Shown one piece after another: positions 57,494 to 64,000 of a stretch of DNA of 64,000 nucleotides. The notes beneath the pieces were generated by a model. That model was not told where the DNA came from, made no database searches, and worked only from the letters and a program-made list of their open reading frames with translations. The first letter of the stretch is position 1, and each line of letters opens with the position of its first letter. This DNA comes from Saprospiraceae bacterium. GTDB taxonomy: Bacteria > Bacteroidota > Bacteroidia > Chitinophagales > Saprospiraceae. The translations under genes were made by a program, and so were the position numbers. The stretch lies in contig JBGCCY010000129.1 in the NCBI GenBank assembly GCA_045104975.1, positions 24,748-88,747 on the forward strand. Reading direction: 5' to 3'.

Positions 57494-59371
57494 CTACACT
57501 TCATTTCCTTCCAATGAAAATTCCCCATTTGTCATGCTGATAGTTTTTACATGAACTGTTTTTAATTCAGTTACTCGATTATCAATATCAACTGTTCCAT
57601 TTTCCAAACGTAAAACTCCACGTGGACAAACTGCTGCACAAATTCCACATCCAACACAAGATGCTCGCACTATATTTTGACCTTTTTGAGCATATGCTCT
57701 TACATCAATTCCCATCTCACAATATGTCGAACAATTTCCGCAACTGATACATTGACCACCATTAGTAGTAATTCTAAATCGAGATTTGAAGCGTTGAACC
57801 AATCCCATCATCGCTGCCAATGGACAACCAAATCTACACCAAACTCGATTTCCCATCAATGGATAAAAACCGGTTCCCACAATTCCTGAAAACATAGAAC
57901 CAATAAAAAATCCATACCACGAACGTACATTGTAAGAGTCGAAAAATAAAATATTTGAACTTCCAGTTTGGTAAGTATAAATGACCATTCCTGTCATCAC
58001 GATAGCAAATACTAAAACGCCATGGATAATATATCTTTCGTATTTCCAAGCAGTCAGACTTTTGTCAGATAAATGACGATAAGGATCACCCAAAGTCTCC
58101 GCTAATCCTCCACAACCACAAACCCATGAGCAGTACCATCTTTTCCCAAAATAATACGTGAAGAATGGAACGACGATAAGTGTCAAAACTATTCCCCAGA
58201 TAAACATCATTGTTCCTACACTTGTCGCCCAACCTGCGATGGCAAATTCAGTTCCTTGTCCATACATTTTATCAATCTCAAAAAAGAAATCGTAATCAAG
58301 CGGCCATGCATTTTTAAAATCCATGTACGGTTGATTCAGTCGCAACAAAAATTCTGGGATCAAAAATGCGAAGGCAGTCTGGAAAAACATTACCGAGCCA
58401 GTTCGAATTAATTGATAATTATTATGTCTATATTTTATTAACATTCTGATTCCCATGACGAACATAACCATCGTATAAAGGAAACCATACAAAAACCAAC
58501 GACCTGCAGTATTTCCACTCAATGATTGAGAAATTGGGTCTAGCATCAGAGTCCAGTTCGTAATATATTCTGGAAAAAAATAAAGTGCCACATAAAACAA
58601 AATCAAAAAGATTCCGAATGAAATTCCAATCCAACCAAGTCCTTTTGGGGCAGTTACTTTTCTAGTTTTTGCAAAAGAAATATTGTTCTCTTTATTCGTT
58701 TTGTAAATTTTATAAATGATAAAAAGACCTGCAGCAATTGTCAAAATTCCAATTAATAAATATTTGAAAACGATCATTAAGATACTCGCTAAAATGGTCA
58801 TCCCTAGAAAAATCATCCTAGTTTGAAACGTAATTCCACGAGTGGCAGGGCTATCGTAAATTTGATTATTTTTAATTCCTGGAATCAAATCTAAGTCAGG
58901 TAATAAATACATTAAACCACCGAGTGCAGCTAAAATGAAGCTGAGCAAAAAGAACCAATTAGAGTTTCCAGGAAGTAAACCGCCAGCCGAATATTTTGTC
59001 AAAGAAAAAAGATAATCATCAACCGTATTTGGAAACATTCGATAGTCATTTTCATTAACTCCTTCTGGTAGTTTTTCTGGTACCGCATTCCAAACCCCAT
59101 TTGCTCGATCAACACCTGAGGCTTTGTCCAATGCTTCTAATGAGTTATTTAAAACTGGTTTAAACGCATTGATGAAAGCAACATTACTTCCGAATTCTTT
59201 ACCCATCAAATCTCCAGCTTGTTGCTTGATCATTTCTTGATGGTAGGTATTTGAAATGTTTTTTGACAAAACTGTTTCCGTCAAAGTATGGTTGCTCAAA
59301 GTAAGTGACGCCACAAAAATGGTTAGTGCTAAAATGAAGAGAGCAAGACCTATATTTTTAATTAATTTCAT
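57494..59371 (-). CDS. Polytopic membrane polyferredoxin (NapH/MauN/YccM-like 4Fe-4S binding protein)
   Basis: About 10 TM helices. Two membrane-proximal Cys motifs (RWYCSWVCGCG and RVWCRFGCPLAA) plus two ferredoxin motifs (CISCGNCSTYCEMG and CVGCGICAAVCPRG). Confidence 0.75.
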   Translation of the reverse strand: MKLIKNIGLALFILALTIFVASLTLSNHTLTETVLSKNISNTYHQEMIKQQAGDLMGKEFGSNVAFINAFKPVLNNSLEALDKASGVDRANGVWNAVPEKLPEGVNENDYRMFPNTVDDYLFSLTKYSAGGLLPGNSNWFFLLSFILAALGGLMYLLPDLDLIPGIKNNQIYDSPATRGITFQTRMIFLGMTILASILMIVFKYLLIGILTIAAGLFIIYKIYKTNKENNISFAKTRKVTAPKGLGWIGISFGIFLILFYVALYFFPEYITNWTLMLDPISQSLSGNTAGRWFLYGFLYTMVMFVMGIRMLIKYRHNNYQLIRTGSVMFFQTAFAFLIPEFLLRLNQPYMDFKNAWPLDYDFFFEIDKMYGQGTEFAIAGWATSVGTMMFIWGIVLTLIVVPFFTYYFGKRWYCSWVCGCGGLAETLGDPYRHLSDKSLTAWKYERYIIHGVLVFAIVMTGMVIYTYQTGSSNILFFDSYNVRSWYGFFIGSMFSGIVGTGFYPLMGNRVWCRFGCPLAAMMGLVQRFKSRFRITTNGGQCISCGNCSTYCEMGIDVRAYAQKGQNIVRASCVGCGICAAVCPRGVLRLENGTVDIDNRVTELKTVHVKTISMTNGEFSLEGNEV

Positions 59372-59411
59372 TTTCGATTTTTTTGAAAAAAGTAAAAGTG
59401 TGTTTGGAAAG

Positions 59412-60749
59412 TTAAGATTGCAAGAACTTGAAGGCTTGAGTCCAACCTCGTTTTTTCTTAGATTTTAAATTTTTGCCACTTTTCTGATTGTAAATTTTCA
59501 ATACTTCATGCTCATGAGTTTTGTAGAATTCAGGGTCAAAATTTGCGATTGCCAAATCTTGTAACACTACTTCTACATTTGTCTTTTCTTTCAACCATTT
59601 TTCACAAACCTCATGTCGAAAACGAACGCCCATCAAATTAAACCCTACAATCTCATTGGTGTTTTTATCATAAATCACTCGAATACTTTTTCTACCATCA
59701 GAATGTTCCCAGTAAATAGCTTCATGGTTGTCAGCCATTTTTGCCAAAACAGTTCCATAAACTTGGTATTCGATTTCGAAAAATTTTGCAGAGTTAAACC
59801 AAAGTCCTGGATCGTAGGCCACTTTTTTCCCACATATATTATATGCAACAGTTTCGCCCATCATTCTTCCGGTATACCAAATTGCTTCCACAGGTCTTCG
59901 TCCTGGTTTTGGGTTTTGTATCTGAGCGCAATCTCCAATGGCATAAATATTAGGGATACTAGTTTCTAAAAAATCATTGACGACAATACCTCTTTGGATT
60001 TCAATTCCAGATTCTTTTAGGAAATCAATATTTGGATGAACGCCAGCGGTAAGTCCTACAAATCCACATTCAATTCTTTCTCCTTTATTCGTGATGACTG
60101 CACATGCTTTTCCATTTCCATCATCAACAATTTCTTTGAGTTCGGTGGACAATTGCAAGTCGATATGATTTTCAAGAATATGTCGTCCAATCATTTTAGA
60201 TTCTTCGATAGGAAGAACACCATTCCAAAAATCAGCTTCTCGAACTAAAAAAGTCACCGGGATATTTCGAGAGTGAAACATCTCTGCCATTTCAATTCCA
60301 ATCAATCCACCTCCAACGATTACTGCACGCTTTAAGTTAGCGCTATATTTCTCCATTGCTTCTAAATCTTGGAGCGAATACATTCCATGTACGGCTTCCA
60401 AATCTTGGCCTGGCCAACCAAATTTATTGGAAGCAGAACCCGTTGCTAAAACCAATTTATCATATTTCATTTTTTCGCCTCCGGCAAAAAGGAGTTCGCT
60501 ATTTTGATGGTTGACTTTTTCTACAAAGCCTTTTTTTAGATCAATTCGATTTTTTTCCCAAAACCAATTTTCATAAGGTTGAGTATCCTCCATTCGCATA
60601 TGTCCCATATAAATGTACATCAATGCCGTTCGAGAAAAAAAGTAATCAGATTCTGAGGAAATAACGGTGATTTTGTGGTCGCTTAATTTTCGAATATATC
60701 GAGCTGTGGTGATACCACTAATACCATTGCCAATGATTGCAATATGCAT
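59412..60749 (-). CDS. NAD(P)/FAD-dependent pyridine-nucleotide oxidoreductase
   Basis: The track start at 60776 is TTG. The ATG at 60749 gives MHIAIIGNGISG (FAD dinucleotide fold). A second GxGxxG (VIVGGGLIGIEMA) and the motif AIGDCA are present. Confidence 0.8.
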   Translation of the reverse strand: MHIAIIGNGISGITTARYIRKLSDHKITVISSESDYFFSRTALMYIYMGHMRMEDTQPYENWFWEKNRIDLKKGFVEKVNHQNSELLFAGGEKMKYDKLVLATGSASNKFGWPGQDLEAVHGMYSLQDLEAMEKYSANLKRAVIVGGGLIGIEMAEMFHSRNIPVTFLVREADFWNGVLPIEESKMIGRHILENHIDLQLSTELKEIVDDGNGKACAVITNKGERIECGFVGLTAGVHPNIDFLKESGIEIQRGIVVNDFLETSIPNIYAIGDCAQIQNPKPGRRPVEAIWYTGRMMGETVAYNICGKKVAYDPGLWFNSAKFFEIEYQVYGTVLAKMADNHEAIYWEHSDGRKSIRVIYDKNTNEIVGFNLMGVRFRHEVCEKWLKEKTNVEVVLQDLAIANFDPEFYKTHEHEVLKIYNQKSGKNLKSKKKRGWTQAFKFLQS

Positions 60750-60860
60750 AAAGGAGGAGTTTGGTTTTGAAAACAAAATGGATGATATGTTTTATGAAAA
60801 AACACACTTTTCCATAGAGTTAATGTAGATTGAAAATATTAAACTATTACAAGTCTATTT

Positions 60861-60896
60861 TATATTGCTAGCAATATAGAAAAAATTGCCTAGCAA
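60861..60896. promoter_or_regulatory. Perfect 18-bp palindrome plus adjacent half-related site (candidate operator)
   Basis: tatattgctagcaatata (60861-60878) is a perfect palindrome. ttgcctagcaa (60886-60896) repeats the TTGCTAGCAA core with 1 inserted base. Confidence 0.35.
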
Positions 60897-61193
60897 AGAA
60901 AAAGAAAAAGTTGAATTTATGCTGTCCTATCAAAGACGAATAAGATATTGTAAAGTGTAAAAATGACTTTTATTAAAAAGTAAGAATAAGAGATTTATGA
61001 AATGTAAAACATGAAAATAAGTAAGTATATTCCTTTAAAAGTCTGCTAACTGCCAAACCGATTATTTTCAGGTAAAAAAATTGTAAAGTCTGTCCGTTTC
61101 ATTACTTTTGTTAATCAGGCGAAAATTTTGTTTCTCAACAACTAGCCTAAAATATATAATTCAAATTATTCAATCATTAAAATTTTATTAATT

Positions 61194-62921
61194 ATGAAAA
61201 GAATTTACAACATATGTTTATTTTTTATTGCTATGGTTATTTCATTCCAAGCAATTGCTCAAACTCCTCGTATGTTATTCGTAGAAGAAGCAACTCAAGC
61301 TTCATGTCCTCCATGTGCTGCTCAAAATCCAGCCTTACAAGCGACGATTAATGCTAATTTGGATAAAGTAGTTTTTATTGGATACCAAGTATGGTGGCCA
61401 GGTTTTGATCCAATGTATTTGGATAATCCAGGTGAAGTACAAACTAGAATTGGAGATTACTACGGAGATATCACAGGTGCTCCGAATATTAAAATGCAAG
61501 GGACGAGTGCATCTAGTGCTCCAAGTGCTTTGACTCAAACAGTAATTGATGCAACTTATGCAGAAGCATCTGAATTTGCTATCAACTTGACTGCTGATAT
61601 TGTTGACGGAAAATTAGTTATAGCAGGAACTATTGATTCAGAACTAGATGCGACAGGTGATTTCAGATTAAGATTGATGGCTATTGAGCATGAAATTACA
61701 AAGGCTGATGCACCTGGTGGAAGTACTTCTGAAGAGGTATACCACAATGTTTTCAAAAAATTCATTCCTAACCATGATGGTATCGCTATTGGAAGTTCAT
61801 TTACAGCTGGCGATTCTTACACGGTAAGTGAAGAGTATGATTTAAGTTTCAATAATATCTATAACTATGACCAAATTGAGTTAGTTGCTATCATTCAAAA
61901 TGATGATACTAAGTTTGTAAATCAAGCAGCTCGTATCGGAAAGTCTGATGTTGCTGTAGTTAGTAATCATGATAATAATCCAGGTGCAATTAATGTTGGA
62001 GAACAAGGTGAAGTTTGTATTGGAGAACAAACGACTATTGCTCCTACTGTAACTATTATCAATAAAGGAGCTGATGAATTGACATCATTAGATATTACAT
62101 ATAATGTAAACGGAGGAGCTGACCAAACATTTATGTGGACAGGAAATCTCGCAAACCTTACTAAAACAGAGGTTACTTTAGATGATTACACTTTTACATC
62201 CGCAGCAAATAATACAATAAATGCTTCAGTCTCTAATCCAAATGGAGGAGTAGATGGTGACTTGACAGATACTGATACAGATGGATCTTTCATTTCTTCT
62301 GATGTAACTTCACTTCATGTTTTGACACTTAATATTTTCACAGATTGTTACCCTGAGGAAACATCTTGGGAATTCAGAGATGGATCAGGAGCTGTAGTAG
62401 CATCTGGTGGACCATATACTGGTCAAGCAGGAGCAACTATTACTGAAGAGGTTACATTAGCTACTGATTGTTATTCATTTAACTTATTTGATACTTATGG
62501 AGATGGTATGTATGGATCTCAATGGAATGGTTGTGAATTAGATGGAAGTTTTGAAATCAAAGATCAAATGGATAATGTGGTTTATGATTATGATTCTTCT
62601 GTTGATAATGCTGGCTTCTTTACTTCTAATCAAGTATTTAGTGCAGAGGTATTCGTTGATGTTGATGAAGTAGCATTAGAAGGTAAAGTAAAAATGTCTC
62701 CAAATCCTACAACTGGAGATTTGAATATTACATTGGATCAAGTGCTTGCAGGTGATACTGACTTCCAAATCTTTTCTTTGAATGGGAAAGTATTAATGAC
62801 TGGTCAACTTCAAAATACTGTCAATACACTTAACCTTTCTTCTTTCAGCAATGGTATTTACCTTGTAAGATTAGTGAATGATGACAAAGCAATTACTGAA
62901 AGAATTACTGTTCAACACTAA
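61194..62921 (+). CDS. Omp28-like CxxC thioredoxin-fold domain protein with CARDB-like middle region and T9SS C-terminal sorting domain
   Basis: Signal peptide. MLFVEEATQASCPPCAAQNP parallels the motif of 56586..57404. The C-terminus (SPNPTTGDLNI...GIYLVRLVN) is a T9SS CTD. Confidence 0.65.
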   Translation: MKRIYNICLFFIAMVISFQAIAQTPRMLFVEEATQASCPPCAAQNPALQATINANLDKVVFIGYQVWWPGFDPMYLDNPGEVQTRIGDYYGDITGAPNIKMQGTSASSAPSALTQTVIDATYAEASEFAINLTADIVDGKLVIAGTIDSELDATGDFRLRLMAIEHEITKADAPGGSTSEEVYHNVFKKFIPNHDGIAIGSSFTAGDSYTVSEEYDLSFNNIYNYDQIELVAIIQNDDTKFVNQAARIGKSDVAVVSNHDNNPGAINVGEQGEVCIGEQTTIAPTVTIINKGADELTSLDITYNVNGGADQTFMWTGNLANLTKTEVTLDDYTFTSAANNTINASVSNPNGGVDGDLTDTDTDGSFISSDVTSLHVLTLNIFTDCYPEETSWEFRDGSGAVVASGGPYTGQAGATITEEVTLATDCYSFNLFDTYGDGMYGSQWNGCELDGSFEIKDQMDNVVYDYDSSVDNAGFFTSNQVFSAEVFVDVDEVALEGKVKMSPNPTTGDLNITLDQVLAGDTDFQIFSLNGKVLMTGQLQNTVNTLNLSSFSNGIYLVRLVNDDKAITERITVQH

Positions 62922-62982
62922 TAATTCTTTATTGTAAATAATAATAAATCTACTCCTATTGGTTTAGCGTTTATTTAAAATG

Positions 62983-63020
62983 AAGGTTTCATCAGTAAAA
63001 TGATGAAACCTTTGTTTATT
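62983..63020 (+). terminator. Intrinsic terminator after 61194..62921
   Basis: Perfect 12-bp stem aaggtttcatca / tgatgaaacctt, followed by a T-rich tail. Confidence 0.7.
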
Positions 63021-63113
63021 TATCGGGTATTGTACAAAGTATTTAAGATTGATAATTTAGATATTAAGATTAGATTTTGTATTTTTACGAAAAGATTTTA
63101 AAAAAAGTATATC

Positions 63114-63830
63114 ATGAAGCAAATTTTACTCTCGTTTATTTTTATTTTACTTGGAATTACTATCCAAGCACAAATTACCATGTCGCCTGATGGCATTCTA
63201 GTTGAAGGAACTTATGATATGAGTGATTTAACTGAGATTGTAAAATCTCAAGGCGATATGACGAATACTTCAATGGGCACATTATCTCTTAGATGGGAAG
63301 TTACTGTAATTGATGCTCCAAGCAAATGGAAAATGCAATTATGTGATAAAAACTTGTGTTTTGGTTTTGACCAATTGACAAATGTCGATAGCAATATTGA
63401 TCAACCAGTTGAGTTAGAAGCAGATAGTTCAAGTATCATGGATATTGGAATTCGACATGGAGGAAGTCCTGGATGTGGTACTTATGAAGTGAATGTGTAT
63501 GAAGTAGGCGTTCCAGGCGTAGTTTTGGGAACCAATACTTATGAATTTAGGATTAATGTAAATGCTGATTGTACAGTAGCTACTGCTAATTTTGATAAAT
63601 CAACAGCTAAGGTTTTTCCAAACCCAACTACGGATTATTTTACCATCACAGATAATCCTTATGTTAAATCTCTTGAGATTTTTAATATTGTTGGAAAACA
63701 AATGTCAGTAACTAATTTCCAAAATGGAGATGCAATTAACGTTGCTGGTTTTCCAAATGGATTATACCTTATAAGAATGTTAGATGATGATGGAGATGTA
63801 TTAAAAACGACTCGTTTGATAAAAAGATAA
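63114..63830 (+). CDS. T9SS C-terminal sorting domain protein (cargo of unknown function)
   Basis: Signal peptide. C-terminus is VFPNPTTDYFTI...GLYLIRMLD. Confidence 0.65.
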   Translation: MKQILLSFIFILLGITIQAQITMSPDGILVEGTYDMSDLTEIVKSQGDMTNTSMGTLSLRWEVTVIDAPSKWKMQLCDKNLCFGFDQLTNVDSNIDQPVELEADSSSIMDIGIRHGGSPGCGTYEVNVYEVGVPGVVLGTNTYEFRINVNADCTVATANFDKSTAKVFPNPTTDYFTITDNPYVKSLEIFNIVGKQMSVTNFQNGDAINVAGFPNGLYLIRMLDDDGDVLKTTRLIKR

Positions 63831-63846
63831 AAGTCATTTAAGTTTT

Positions 63847-63892
63847 GCAAAAAAAAATCCATTTTGAATATTCAAAATGGATTTTTTTTTGC
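63847..63892. terminator. Bidirectional terminator (46-nt perfect palindrome)
   Basis: gcaaaaaaaaatccattttgaata|tattcaaaatggatttttttttgc. Confidence 0.8.
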
Positions 63893-63905
63893 AAAATTCG
63901 AAAAA

Positions 63906-64000
63906 TCAAATAGCTGGATATTCCACAAAATTCCTTGGCGTTTCATACAGTCTTACTCCAATCTCATACTTCTCCTCCAAATGTTTTCGTAGAATTGTCC
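63906..64000 (-). CDS. Partial CDS (C-terminal end only), unknown product
   Basis: The minus-strand frame reads ...LRKHLEEKYEIGVRLYETPRNFVEYPAI-stop (TGA at 63908-63906). It is followed by bidirectional terminator 63847..63892. Confidence 0.3.
   Translation of the reverse strand, partial: TILRKHLEEKYEIGVRLYETPRNFVEYPAI

Noticed and set aside
1-64000. Search for tRNA, rRNA, tmRNA, RNase P or SRP RNA, CRISPR arrays, transposases, integrases and prophage genes.
   Set aside because: No GC-rich cloverleaf-type segments, T-loop GTTCGAATC-like boxes, regularly spaced repeats, or recombinase or phage-like ORFs were seen in any intergenic region or ORF.

Overview
This is an AT-rich, gene-dense chromosomal segment that looks like Bacteroidota, probably Flavobacteriia-like. 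Three ORFs end in the type IX secretion (T9SS) C-terminal sorting motif, a T9SS plug-like gene is present, and Omp28-like, TlpA-like and DUF-type envelope proteins are common. I support about 57 CDS. Housekeeping anchors are thrS, ddl, pheS, gatA, a K+-type membrane pyrophosphatase (hppA), an ABC-F ATPase and an S41 tail-specific protease. The rest are mostly envelope genes: peptidoglycan hydrolases, OM beta-barrels, tandem Hsp20s and an ECF sigma operon. I saw no rRNA, tRNA, CRISPR array, transposase, integrase or phage genes, so this is largely an ordinary core region and I found no clear complete defence system. Four things deserve a second look. (1) Several families of interspersed, GC-richer hairpin or palindromic repeats lie in intergenic DNA, including a 38-bp perfect inverted repeat, a roughly 100-nt hairpin element present twice, and a terminator-linked element present 3-4 times, one copy of which recodes a gene end. 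(2) An orphan membrane protein combines a PycTM/DUF5706-like (Pycsar-effector-type) domain with an HD-like domain that lacks the HD dyad. (3) A 10-kb cluster of CxxC thioredoxin-fold envelope and surface proteins surrounds a NapH-like polyferredoxin plus flavoprotein pair. (4) A membrane-anchored XRE regulator sits next to a membrane-anchored double-DTG aspartyl-protease-like protein. All family assignments come from motif recognition by eye, because no searches could be run. DUF names are recollections and need HMM confirmation.
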